A stretch of DNA of 64,000 bases, taken from the NCBI GenBank assembly GCA_030390025.1, contig CM059431.1, positions 117,678,001 through 117,742,000 on the forward strand, given 5' to 3'. Below the pieces are notes generated by a model. It saw only the letters and a list, made by a program, of their open reading frames with translations, was not told the origin of the DNA and made no database searches. Positions 24,461-38,010 of this stretch are shown piece after piece. Every line of letters starts with the position of its first letter. The first letter of the stretch is position 1. The translations under genes were made by a program, and so were the position numbers. This DNA comes from Squalus acanthias. Taxonomy: Eukaryota.

Positions 24461-26331
24461 ATTGTCCAAATGAGGACCCTCTTTGGGTCTGCAATGTCTG
24501 TCCCTTTAAAAGTTGGTGGAGATAAATTAATTATCTGGTTATGTGGAACACTAATTTATGTGCTCCACCATAGTAGTATTCCTGTACTACTGGACAAATG
24601 TCTGTTACCAGCAGTTAACAATTGTTTTATAGACAAAAGTATATATATTAATTGATTTTGCTGCTCCTTGTTTATCTGGCTTTGGATGTCCATGCCAAGC
24701 AACTTTGTCTGGGAGCAACGTTTGTGAACGTATGGTCATTTGGGTGGTTATATTTGTAAACCCATTCAAATTGGCAGAACTAAGCATATAGTTGTTTAAT
24801 TCTATATTTTGAATCTAGAATAAAGGTCCTCAACTGTCAGAGTAAGTGGTGTAGCAGTCCTAAGCAGTCTATAGAGACAACTAAATCTTGGCTGTGATTG
24901 TGGTAAGCATAAATATGTGTTCTTAGAGAGTCAGTGTTCATCTTTCCAAATAGGTGGTCCAGTGGTAAGTAAGGAATCATGTTCCTTGGTAGTCAATATG
25001 TGAACTTGCACTTGTATTCCCAATCAGCCATGAGTATCAGTGCTAGTCAAGAGGGTGCAGAGATATATCCACATTGCTGAGTAGTCTGTGGAGACTTGTA
25101 TACAAGCCTTGGTTATCAGGTTCTATTTTCATCTTCATGAATGCCCAGATAATACCTGAAAGAACCAAAAGCCTGTCCTTGAGCTCAACACCAACATTTG
25201 TGCAGAACTTCATCAGTTTCTGATTTATGTGTTTTTAACAGTCAATTATCCCTAATAACAAGCGTATCAAAAAGGGACCTATTTGCAAAAATAGTATAGT
25301 GGCAGAGTAAATGTAGCATGCTAATTTAATGATCTTATATTACATCATTCTTACATTACAAGTGATGAATGCTTGTTTCTGCTTCCATACCAGTCTGTCC
25401 ATAATTAAATCAAAATCAAATTCATGGACGTACCACAACCTGTGATATAATAAACACATTTTACAGCACCCTCTCAAAATGAGAAGCTATATAAAGTTAT
25501 AAACTACAACATAGTTCTGATAGGTATCTTTATAAAGAGGCCTTCATTATCTTGGGAAGATAATCATCACAGAAGATAATTAAGCACAAACCCAATTGTA
25601 CAATATGAGATTGGTTGACACCATAGGACTTGGGTTGTTATCTAACTTTACTGATGAAAATTTCTTCACACTGCTATGTAGGGATCTCAGCTGAAATGCG
25701 TTTGGGCAGTTTCAACCTAGTTCCTAATGAGTGCAAGCCTAGAGCACAATGTGTTTCAAAAAAGGCACTAAAATTCTATCAAAGAGGTCATAAAGATGGC
25801 TAGTGCAGGAATGTTTCATTGGTTCACTGTTCTGAGGTTGGAGTTAAGGTACGTTACTGGGGTTAGATTGGAGAGAACCTTATTATACAACTGGCTCTGC
25901 GATAATCAACCTGGGAATGCTTTGATACCAACCTTAGGTACCAAACGTAGAAAAAGTCCCAACAGCGATAATCCCACCTTGATAAACACCAAAATTCACC
26001 AAAGCAGAATTGAGGGAATGGGAACTAATACATTACACATATGGAAAGAAAATCTATGGTTTATTTCCTCCTGCCACTATTTTCTAGCATTCACACATCA
26101 CTAAGCACATCAATCAGATGGCGTGATTTCTGTTTGTTAAAGCATTCACTTCAGTGAGAGAGACAAGCAGAGACAATACATTCTGAACAAATTCCCTCCT
26201 CAGTGCCAGATACCAGAACATTAGTTCAAAAAGTAAGACCGAAAATAATCCAAACTCCACTTACAATAACAGATTCAATGTTACTTTTATCCCCATTTCC
26301 CCCTCAATTGTGTCTGATCCCTGAGACTGTT

Positions 26332-27178
26332 GGGCTGGATTTTGCCAATGGGGAGCTTTTGGAGGAGGGACTCCCTCTTGTCGGGTTTCAGTCCCGCCTC
26401 CACCAACTTCTGGCCAACCCACGCTATTTTCCCTTGATTGACCTTGTTAAGCCCGCCCAGCGGGTTTAGCAGGCCAATTAAGGGAAAGCCGATTACAGAG
26501 AACGTCAATGTATGACGTTTCAACTGTTATAAATTTTTGACAGATGAATTGTCATCATTTGACAGCTCTGTGAAGCTGTCAAACACTGACATTCTCTGTA
26601 GTTTGATGAGTTCTTGAATTCAAGACCTCATCAAACCTCTTTCTTTTGCAGAAATTAGATGGTTGTTGCATTGGAGAATGCAACAGCCATCTGTCATCTC
26701 TGCCTTGGGGGTGCGAAACTCTCTGCATACCCAACTCTTGAAGCCTGCAGGAAGAAACAAAGGTAAGTAAACTTTTTCTAACACTTTCCACTTACCTCAC
26801 ATACTCACCTCTCCACACTTGCACCCATCACTTACCTTCACAGCGCACTTTTGCACTCCTCCGACCCCCGCAGAACCACTACTCACCTCGGTGACCCTGG
26901 CGGGTTTCGGAGCCTTCGGGAAGCCTGAAAATGTGTGGGCAAAATGGGGATAATCCACTTATCTGCCTGTTAACTACATGTTAACAGGCAGATAAGTGGC
27001 TGTAATCCCCTCCCCGCCTCTAAGGAGACGGGACCCTGCGTGGGACGGCTACCCACCTCCTGGCAAGATGGCACGGAGGCGGGTTGGGGGCGGGTTGGGC
27101 ACCCGCCCCCAAATTCTGCCATTTTCCCAGCAGTCCCACCTCCAAACCTGCCTCCCGAGGGCTGGCAAGATCCAACCC
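26332..27178. mobile_element. Non-autonomous Harbinger-type element family Y, second copy, inverted relative to 10775-11618
   Basis: Colinear reverse-complement match over the full length. TIRs gggctggattttgcca / tggcaagatccaaccc. Flanks GTT/ATT. Confidence 0.82.
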
Positions 27179-29363
27179 ATTTTCTCTAGGTTCTGCCAGC
27201 TTAGTTCTTTCAAAAATCATCTGGTGAAGGATTCCACCCAAACTGTTAATCAATCGTTCCCTTTTAAATGCTCCTCAGATTGCTGTGGATTTTTGCTTTT
27301 ACTTCAATTGTCCAGCATTCCGAGTATTGCTTTTTCATCTTGTCAAGAAATAGTGCTTGTTTGTTATTAAACCAATTGAGTATTTTCTCTTCATAATACC
27401 TTACAATTGTGCCAACAGTATGAACACATATTTATACAGCAAGGTAAACTGACTGAGCTGTCTGGATACTTGAAAATATGCTGTGTTATATTTTCAGGCA
27501 GAGCAGCTGTATCAGATAGCAGCACTATCTTATACCTCATTATTTCAAAATTGGTGACAACATGTCAAATAACAGAGTAGCCTGATCCATTTCATATTAG
27601 GAACATTTGCCAAACTGCCATATAACATAAAACAGCCTTCAAAATGATTAACATTCATTAAAAAAAAATCCCATCTTCGCTGTCCGTTAATTCTTGTTTG
27701 GTGAATAATGCTTAGAGGATTATGACAAAGCAAAGCGTTTTGTTAATTTGCTTGAGATGTCATCTGCTTTGCGCACAAATAAGGGAACAGTTTAAGCATA
27801 AATCCGTGAAGAAAAGTAGATTTAATTGTTCTCACAGAAAACTATTTAGATTAGTTTCAGTGTTTCATTAGAATTAGAACCGTTCTCCGTTTAGCAATAT
27901 TGCCAGTAGGGTTCTATATCAGACCTTTGATGTCATATCATACATCCCTCTTGTGTGATGAAAAATATGACAGGCACACTCATGGGAGCTACATGAATCT
28001 ACACCACTGTCAAACTACAGCCTCTTCTTTCCTCGTGAAAAGCAGCACTGCAGCGCCTCAGCTATCAAAGCTCTGAGGGTTGGTGTCAGAGAGGCCCGGG
28101 CCCAGCTGAATCCGATTTTCTGAGGAGAAGCATTGAAGCCATTTAAGGTTTACTGTCATGTACTGAAATATTATCTCTAAATACTCACTGGGCATTGTTA
28201 AAAGAAAATTGCAGAGCATAGTTCATGCCAGCACAGTGCATGCTGCGCCTCGCAAATCACGGGTGGATACATGCAAGGGGGAGCCTGTGTAGCTCATAAA
28301 TGTTTAACAACTAGGATTTTTATGTCTTTGCTTATGCTCATCTAAAGTTAAGTGTTGACTTTGCAATGATTTTTGAGTTAATAAATTTATCATCTGTATA
28401 TGTGATAAAATAAGACTAATGCACTTTGTGCAATTTGAATTTTGAATTGAGAACAAATATAGCTGTAATAGTTGCAGAATCATAACGTCAATATTTTAGC
28501 TATAAAATGCTCCATCTGGTCTTTGAAAAATACACATCACTTGCCTCTTGGCCTCCAATAAATCATTCCAGCTACACAAAATCAATCCTTAATATTATAG
28601 GCCTCGCTTTGCTGAATATTCTCAGACATATACGTGTACGCGGAATCCATAATGGGAATTTATTTCCACCCAGTCAATGGGGTATGGTGGTTTATTGTAT
28701 TCCATCTAGACCATTATCATCATAACACCTCTTTGGCCTATAAGTCTATAAGGTCATTTGCAATCCTATGGCAGAAAGCAGATGCTGATCTCATCTTCTG
28801 CCATAAAACTTCATACTTTATTACGTGTTATTCTACAACATAGGAGCTGTAAGAAGCCTGCCTTCGCATTGTAACAGAATTTTATAAACAGAGGTATGTG
28901 TATAAAAAATACATAACCTGTAACATTTCAGAATACACTTTGGTAATAATTTAGTTAGTTGTGCTGAAATTCTGCGCACTTTTATTGTACCGTGGCTGAG
29001 AATCGGTGAAATAGAAAGAGGCAATGTTAGCTAAATGGATGTACAACACAATCAACAAACCCTTGGAAAATAACAAGCATCCTCCAACTGCATTACTGGA
29101 GTGCTCACATCAACAGAGCAGTCATTCTAATGTTCAGCCTGAGTGCAGATATAAATACTGTAAATGAGAAAACAGTTTTATGCTAAAAGTCTAGATTTAT
29201 TGGTCTATTGATTTTGCAAAAAGTTATTTTGGTCCATTTTCTAGCAAATACATAACGTTGAATTTTGAGGTCTCCCAACTGGGGGGATTTGGATGGCAAC
29301 GCACTGAAAATGGGATGGAAGAACTTACCACCCCATTCCCATTGAGGCCATTTCCATCTTGCT

Positions 29364-29975
29364 GTGTCAGCTGTGGCTCAGTTGGCACCACATTCTCCTC
29401 TGAGTCAGACGGTTGTGGTTCAAGCCCCATTCCAGAGACTTGAGCACATAACTACAGTAGTGAGGGAGTCAGAGGTGCCGTTTCTCGGAAGAGACTTTAA
29501 ACCGAGGCCCCATCTGTCCACTCAGGTGGATGTAAAAGATCCATGGCACTATTCGAAGAAGAGCATAGTGACAGGAATAAGCCATTCAGCCACTCAAGCC
29601 CGTTCCATCATTCAGTGAGATCATGGCTGATTTATATCCTAACTCCACCCACCTGTCTTGGCTCCATATCCCTTACTACCCCTGGCTAGCATAAATCTAT
29701 TGATCTGAGATTTAAAATGATTAATTGAGCTGCTTTTTGTGGGAGAGGTTGCCACACTTCTACCACCCTTTGTGTGAAGAAGTGTTTCCTAATTTTTCTC
29801 CTGAATGGCTTGGGAGTTCTCCCCAGTGTTCTGGCCAATATTTATCCCTCAACCAACATCAGAAATATTTCCTACATTACAACAGTGACTACACTCTCTA
29901 GAGTACTTCATTGGTTGTAAAGCACTTTGGGATGTCCTGAGGTCGTGGCTATATAAATTTAAGTCTTTCTTTTTT
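29364..29975 (+). mobile_element. DeuSINE copy interrupted by a CR1 3' fragment (-, ~29566-29812)
   Basis: The SINE consensus breaks after gaagaagagca and resumes at gggagttctcccc. Confidence 0.75.
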
Positions 29976-31801
29976 CATTTCATTCGGCTCAACTGGTCTA
30001 TGTCGGTGTTTATGCTCCGCACGAGCTTCTTCCCGTCATTCTTCATCTAACCCTATCAGCATATCCTTCTATTCCTTTCTCGCTCATGTACTTATCTAGC
30101 TTACCTTTAAATACCTCTATGCTATTTGCCTCAACTACTCCTTGTAGTGATGAGTTCCACGTATCTACCCCAGTTTCCTCAGTATCTCTTCAACTTTATC
30201 CAGTTAAAGGACACATTTTTATCCTCACATTTACCTCCATAATCATTCTTTTCACGATCCTCCCTCTCTCATTACTAAACAAATCATGACATATGTACAA
30301 CTGATTAGACTTTGTTGTAAACTGCTTTGTTAATTTTAATTGTCCCACGGAGGTTGTTGATCTCTTCAGCATCTGAAGTTATACTCAACAGCTTCTCCAA
30401 TAAGCCATGAATTAAATCTGTTCAATTCACAGAAGGCACATTCAACACTGATATAGCACATACAATGAGGGTTATTTTGATTTTGGGCGATAGTGTAAAA
30501 CGGTTGATATTGGACCAGCTGCCTGTTGTCCATCTCTCCCGCTGACTTCAATGGAAATGAAAATGGGGAGAGATGTATAACGGGCAGCTGACCGCTATCC
30601 CCCGTTTTACACTATCGTTCAAAGGCAACATTACCCCCAATGTGTTCTGTTTTTTTTTTATCATCTGGACATTGAGTACGTTTACTATATTGTTCTTGAT
30701 AACCATTCATCGAATGCCAGCAGGCGCTCCTTCAGCCTAAGTATTATAATTAAAGTAGATGCTCAAAAGCGACCTGTTTTATGTAAAAGCTCTTGGCAAA
30801 TCATTATTCTTTATTGACAAAACATTTAATGCAGTAGTGTGAAAATGTCATGTTATATAAAAAAAAGTTTCTATTTCTGTCCTATATTCCAATGGAGAAT
30901 CAAAGACAGCTCTCGCATACCGTCAGGTCAAAGTGGTTGGTGGAGGCCTGGGAACAGGTTGTCTGATTGCGCTTTTGGTCACAGGAACATGAAGGAGCCA
31001 AAAATCCTTGGCCCATCTGACACACTCCTGCTGTCAGTCTGGTGGGAGTACGGCAATAAGGCCAGAAATAATGCCTGATCCTGGCCATCCTACACATTTT
31101 CAAAGGGGACTTGTTTGGGGCAGAGCTTCTGCAAACAAGGACAATATCAGAGGGGGCGTGGCAGGCAAAGGGACTCCCAAACTGGGAGTTTCTTTGACCC
31201 CCTAACTGGGAATCTGTCAGGTGCTGCAACATCTAGTGAAACAAGGCATAATGACCCCCAACTAGTGTTGTCAGTTTTAATTTGTATTAAAAATATTGTA
31301 CAGAAATCTAAATAGATGCATGATTGTGTTTATGTGCATATAGAATACAACTGCTTCTATAAAATGCAAATTTGAAAATAGACCACAAATATAGAGACTT
31401 CATACCTTCAATGCCAATATGTTTTATTCAATTATTTTCTTTCAGATGAATATATCTTACACGGGCATTTGTTTTAACGAGGCAACCTTTTCATCTTCTT
31501 AGAGCATGACAAGGTGTGAAAAGAAAAAAAATATTGTTCAGCAGAAGGAAAACCAGATTTGATTTCCAAAAATACTTTACAAGCTAGCAATACTGTATAT
31601 CTTTCTCTATGTGGCATCACACAACACCAAATTTGTGAACTCTTTACTTCTTAAAGGATCGATACTGTCCTGGCAAAAATATATAGCCTTACATGTCATT
31701 TTAGCAGGTTTCCACACAGAGGTATGCTAGAGTAACCAGTGCTTGTTCATTGTGTCATTGAAACAGCAGCATAAATTTAGTAATAATTCTCTGCCACTAA
31801 G

Positions 31802-32295
31802 AGGGCAATTTTAACTGAACCAGCCAGATGGAAACTGAGTGGGTGGGTATTTAAAATTGCCCAGGTTACCTACCTGCCCTCCAGCTGCTGAGATCCCACC
31901 ATCTGCGATTTTTGCCTCAGGCCTCTGCAGGGGCAACTAAGCTGCCCACCCAAAGCTGGCGGGGACCTCGTTGACATATGCAGATTGGGGCCCCGATGAG
32001 GTCAAGAGGTTCCTGCTATTTTAGTTCCAGCCTGAGCGGGGATGTCACTGTGGCTTTCCCGCCAGGTAAAGTCAAGCGGGAAGAGGATCTAGGACTAGAA
32101 GAGGCCATTTAAGGTAACTTGTTTTGCTTTCCTTGTTTGGCCAGTAAGAGCAGGATTGCTTCTCCGGGCCCCACAATGTAAGTTTAGGCCTCACTCTGCA
32201 CCGGAATCACGCCTTCCCTCCTGCAAGACCCTCCCAGAACCCCCTTCCCCATAGCGACTTGCATACTGGCGAGCAGGCTGGGATAAAATTGATCC
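31802..32295. mobile_element. MITE-like element
   Basis: Ends gggcaattttaact / gataaaattgatcc, with interior similar to the host element at 14345-15190. Confidence 0.5.
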
Positions 32296-32304
32296 TTTAT
32301 AAAA

Positions 32305-32765
32305 GAAAGAAAAACTTGCATTTATATAGCATCTTTCACGACCACCGGACATCCCAAAGCGCTTTACAGCCAATGAAATACTTTTTGAAGTGTAGTCACT
32401 GTTGTAATGTCGGAAATGCAGCAGCCAGTTTGCGCACAGCAAGCTCCCACAAACAGCAACGTGATAATGACCAGATAATCTGTTTTAGTGATGTTGATTG
32501 AGTGATAAATATTGGCCAGGACATCAGGGATAACTCCCCTGCTCTTCTTCAAAATAGTGCCATGGGATCTTTTACGTCCACCTGAGAGAGCAGACGGGGC
32601 CTCAGTTTAGCATCTCATCCGAAACATGGCACCTCCAACAGTGCAGCGCTCCCTCAGTACTGCACTGGAGTGTCAGCCTAGATTTGTTGTGCTCAAGTCT
32701 CGGAATTGAGATTTCGAACCCCCAACCTTCTGACTTAAAGACAAGGGTGCTACCAACTGAGCCAC
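32305..32765 (-). mobile_element. DeuSINE (SacSINE1-like) copy
   Basis: Near full-length match to 11865-12330 and 39578-40036. Confidence 0.85.
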
Positions 32766-32779
32766 TTTATAAGTCTTCA

Positions 32780-33270
32780 ATGTGTTTTCTGCTGCAATTG
32801 TCCTTGGAGCTGACATGCTCTCCATAGTGGCCTGCTGTGTTGTTAAACCAGTCTCCAATGTTGCATGCTGCTAGTGAGCATCTTCACCTGAAATGGCCAT
32901 CTGCAACATACTGATGTGGCCCCAATGTCCGCACCAAAGCTTGATGCTCTGCCAGCATCATTCTTTTAAAAGCAGCACCTATGAGCTCTAGACTACAAGG
33001 CTGTTGAATGGAGCAGTGGCACATCCTGACCCGTATGACAGCAACGTCCTCTTCCTCATGCACCAGCCCCAGCTGCTTCTCTTCACTTGTGCTCTGTATG
33101 TCACCCAGCACACTCCCATCTGACCCACTCTCTAACTTCCCCAGTGTGGATGTCTCTGAGCTGGTGCTAGGAAGAACAGAGTGAGTAATGGTGCAGGCTG
33201 ATCAGTGTTAACAGCAATGGGGGCAGAGGGGTTTGTGAGTTCTTTGTGAGGCACATTTAGAGGAGAAAAA
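32780..33270 (-). pseudogene. Remnant of the C-terminal exon of a Harbinger Myb/SANT-like gene
   Basis: ORF 32884-33111 (...LIGAAFKRMMLAEHQALV...) has a layout resembling exon 3 of the element at 5600-6177. Confidence 0.4.
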
Positions 33271-33340
33271 GAGGAAGAAAAGTTAAAATGGTTTGCAGAG
33301 AAGCAGCGCTCAAGTGCCACTTTTCGTAGAAGGGTTACAT

Positions 33341-33965
33341 TGTAGTAAATATATATATAAATAATAATAAAATGAAGTTTTCATATAAAAAATGAAAAAT
33401 AATTGGATCCGGAATGTTTGAAGTCAATAGAAATGTTTGCAAGGGCTGCTGAGTCACACTGCATGCTTGATACAAAGGAAGGACTGATCACCATGGAGAC
33501 CTGCATAACTGAGCCACAGCGAAGAGAAAGGGTAAGGGAATGCCAGACAATTCCTAAGCTGTATTCAAAGGAACCAATCAGACGTCAGATACCACAATGG
33601 AAACCATATATGGAATCGGAACTGGAAACCCTGCAACTAGGGAATTAAGCCAATAGGTGGCGAAAGGTGTGGTCCCCATCAAGGGAACTATAAAATTGAT
33701 CATGTGGCAGAAACTTACTCTCTCTCTCTACCCAGCTGCTTCTTCCAGCCTAACTCCTCCATGACTATCCTGAACTTGAGAAAAGAACATAATTAGTTCC
33801 ACTAGTTGCAGGCACCGAGACATGTACAAGGCCGCGACAGACTTCAAAGCCTAAGGCAACCCTAAGAATACTTAAAACTTTCTTATACGGGATCAGTATA
33901 ATACGGACCTCCTTCATTAATAAAGGTCTGCATTTTGGAGTGAAAATGTTTTCTTTTCCTTTACA
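33341..33965 (+). mobile_element. Putative solo LTR
   Basis: TGTA...TACA termini, CCAAT (~33574, ~33650), TATAAAA (33689-33695) and AATAAA (33919-33924) in LTR order. TSD not checkable because a CR1 tail abuts the 3' end. Confidence 0.5.
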
Positions 33966-36900
33966 TAGAAACATAGAAACATAGAAGATAGGAGCAGGAG
34001 TAGGCCATTCGGCCCCTCGAACCTGTTCCGCCATTTAATTCGATCATGGCTGATCATCCAAATTCAGTACCCTGTCCCTGCTTTCTCCCGATATCCCTTG
34101 ATCCCTTTAGCCTTAAGAAATATATCTAACTCCTTCTTGAATATATTTAATGAATTGGTCTCAACTGCCTTGTGTTATAGAGAATTCCACAGGTTCACCA
34201 CTCTCTGGGTGAAGAAATTCCTCCACATCTCAGTCCTAAATGGCTTACCCCTTATCCTTAGACTGTAACCCCTGGTTCTGGAGTCCCCCACCATCGGGAA
34301 CATCCTTCCTGCATCTAGTCTGTCTAGTCCTGTTAGAATTTTATAAGTTTCAATGAGATCCCCTCTCATTCTTCTAAACTCTGGTGAATATAAGCCTAAT
34401 CAACCCAATCTCTCCTCATATGTCATTCCTGCCATCCCAGGTATCAGTCTGGTGAATCTTCGCTGCACTCTCTCCATGGCAAGAACATCCATCCTCAGAT
34501 AAGGTGACCAAAACTGCACACAATACTCAAGGTGTGGTCTCACCAAGGCCCTGTACAACTGCAGCAAGACATCCTTGCTCCTGTATTCGAATCCTCTCGC
34601 TATGAAGGCCAACATACCATTTGCCTTCTTAACCGCCTGCTGCACCTGCATGCTTACCTTCAGCGACTGGTGCACAAGGACACCCAGGTCTCGTTGCACT
34701 TCCCCTTTTCCCAATCTATTGCTGTTCAGATAATAATCTGTCTTCCTGTTTTTGTCACCGAAGTGGATAACCTCGCATTTATCCACATTATACTGCATTT
34801 GCCACGCTTCTACCCAATCACCCAACCTGTCCAAATCATACTGGAGTTTCTCTGCATCCTCCTCACAGCACACACGCCCATCCAGCTTTGTGTTGTCTGC
34901 AAACCTGGAGATATTACATCTAGTTCCCTCGTCTAGATCATTTATATACATTGTGAATAGCTGGGGTCCTAGCACCGATCCCTGCGGTACCCCACTCGTC
35001 ACTGCCTGCCACTCGGAAAAAGACCCGTTTATTCCAACTCTTTGCTTCCTGTCTGCCAACCAGTTCTCTATCCAAGACAGTACCTTACCCCAATCCCGTG
35101 TGCTTTAACTTTGCATGCTTATCTCTTATGCGGGATCTTATCGAAAGCCTTCTGAAAGTCCAAATACACCACATCCACTGGTTCTCCCTTATCTATTCTA
35201 CCAGTTACATCCTCAAAAAATTCCAGTCGATTAGTCAAGCATGATTTACCTTTTGTAAATCCATGTTGACTTTGTCCGATCCTGTCACTGTTTTCCAAGT
35301 GCTCTGCTATTACATCTTTTATAATGGACTCTAGCATTTTCCCCACTACCGATGTCAGACTTACTGGTCTGTAATTCCCCGTTTTCGCTCTACCACCTTT
35401 TTTAAATAGTGGGGTTACATTAGCTACCCTCCAATCCATGGGAACTGTTCCAGAGTCTATAGAATTTTGGAAGATGACCAGCAATGCATCTACTATTTCT
35501 AGGGCCACTTCCTTAAGTACCCTAGGATGTAGATTATCAGGCCCTGGGGATTTATCAGCCTTCAATCCCGTCAATTTCCCTAACACCATTTCCTTACAAA
35601 TACTGATTTCATTCAATTCCTCCCTCTCATTAAACCCTATGTTCCCCGACATCTCTGGGAGGTTATTTGTGTCCTTCTTTGTGAAGACAGAACCAAAGTA
35701 TGTATTTAATTGGTCTGCCATTTCTTTGTTCCCCGTTATAAATTCCCCTGATTCTGACTGCAAGGGACCTACACTTGACTTCACCAATCTTTTTCTCTTC
35801 ACATATCTATAGAAGCTTTTAAGTCCGTTTTTATGTTCCCTGCAAGCTTACTCTCATAATCTATTTTCCCCCTCTTAATTAATCCCTTTGTCCTCCTTTG
35901 CTGAATCCTAAACTGCTCCCAATCCTCAGGTTTGCTGCTTTTTCTGGCCAAATTACATGTCCTCTCCTTGGATCTCATGCTATCCCTAATTTCCCTTGTT
36001 AGCCATGTTTGAGTCACCTTTTTTGTTTTATTTTTATGCCAAACTGGGATGAACAAATTCTGTAGTTCATCCATGCGATCTTTAAATGTTTGCATTGCCT
36101 ATCCACCATCAACCCTTTAAGTAACGTTCCCCAATCCATCCTAGCCAACTTGTGCCTCACACCATCGTAGTTTCCTTTATTTAAATTCAGGACCCTAGTC
36201 TCTGAGTCAACTACTTCACGCTCCATTTTAATGATGAATTCTATCATATTATGATCGCTCCTCCCCAAGGGGCCTCGCACAACAAGAATGCTATTTAATC
36301 CTTTCTCATTACATAATACCCAGTCTAAGATGGCCTGATCTGTAGTTGGTTCCTCGACATATTGGTCCAGGAAACCATCCGTATACAGTCTAGGAATTCC
36401 TCCTCCACAGTATTGTTACTAATTTGGTTAGCCCAATCTATATGTAGATTAAAGTCACCCATGATAACTGCTGTGCCCTTATCGCACGCGTCTCTAATCA
36501 TCCGTTTAATGCCACCCTCAACCTGAGCATTACCGTTTGGGGGTCTGTATACAACTCCCACTAACGTTTTCTGCCCCATGGTATTTATCAGCTCTACCCA
36601 TACAGGTTCCACATCATCAGAGCTAATATCCTTCCTTACTATTGTGTTAATCTCCTCTTTAACCAGCAATGCTACCCCACCTCCTTTTCCTTTTTGCCTG
36701 TCCTTCCTGAATATTGAATACCCCTGGGTGTTGAATTCCCAGACTTGGTCATCCTGGAACCATGTCTCCGTATTCCCAATTATATCATATCCATTTACAT
36801 CTATTTGCGCAGCTAATTCATCCACCTTATTATGAATGCTCCTCGCATTAAGACACAAAGCCTTGTTTTTTTAACACTCTTATTCCTTTTAGAATTATTA

Positions 36901-38010
36901 TTTACAGTGGCCCTGTTTGATTTACAGCCTTGATTTCTTTGCCTCCCACTTTTGCTTTTCTGCTTCCTGTCTTTTGTTTCTATCCTTGCTTCCCTTTCCT
37001 CTGTCTCCCTACTCAGGTTCCCAACCCCCTGCCATTTTAGTTTAAACCCTCCCCAACAGCACTAGCAAACACTCCCCCTAGGACATCAGTTCCGGTCCCG
37101 CCCAGGTGCAAACCGTCCAGTTTGTACTGGTCCCACCTCCCCCAGAACCGGTTCCAATGTCCCAGGAATTTGAATCCTCCCCCTTGCACCATTCCTCTAG
37201 CCACATATTCATCTGAAATATCCTTCTATTTCTACTCTGACTAGCACGTGGCACTGGTAGCAATCCTGAGATTACTACCTTTGAGGTCCTATTTTTTAAT
37301 TTACCTCCTAACTCCCTATATTCAGCTTTTAGGACCTCATCCCATTTTTTTACCTATATCGTTGGTACCTATATGCACCACGACAACTGGCTGTTCACCC
37401 TCCCCCTCCAGAATGCCCTGCAGCCGCTCCGAGACATCCTTGACCCTTGCACCAGGGAGGCAACATACCATCCTGGAGTCTCGTTTGCGGCTGCAGAAAC
37501 ACCTATCTATTCCCCTTACAATAAAATTCCCTATCACTATAGCTCTCCCGCTTTTTTTCCTCCCGTCCTGTGCAGCAGGACCACCCATGGTGCCAGGAAG
37601 TTGGCTGCTGCTGCCTTCCCCCGATAAGCCATCCCCCTCAACAATATCCATAGTGGTATATCTGTTTGAAAGGGGGATGGCCACAGGGGTCCCTTGCACT
37701 ACCTGCCTGCGCCTACTACTCTGCCTGGTGGTCACCCATTCCCTTCCTGCCTGTGCAGCCTTTACCTGCAGGTGTGACCAACTCCCTAAACATGTTATCC
37801 ACGATGTGCTCAGCATCCCGAATGCTCCAGTATGTATCCATTCGCAGCTCCAGCGCCACAATGCGGTCTGTCAGTAGCTGCAGCTGGATACACTTCCCGC
37901 ACACATGGTCATCAGGGACACAGGAAGTGTCCCTGATTTCCCATATAGTGCAGGAGGAGCTTGCCACGGGGCCGAGCTGTGCTGCCATGACTTACCCTTT
38001 AATTAATTCA
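33966..38010 (-). mobile_element. Near full-length CR1 LINE: ORF1 (zinc finger + SGNH esterase), ORF2 (APE endonuclease + RT), decayed
   Basis: ORF1 C..W...HVCGKC, AIVIGNFIVRG...LPGARV...HIGTND. ORF2 CLNARSI, GDFN, SDHN, KSPGPD, YLDFQKAFDK, GVPQGSVLGP, FADN (mutated FADD), RPHLEYC. Tail is (tttctatg)n on the minus strand. Confidence 0.95.
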
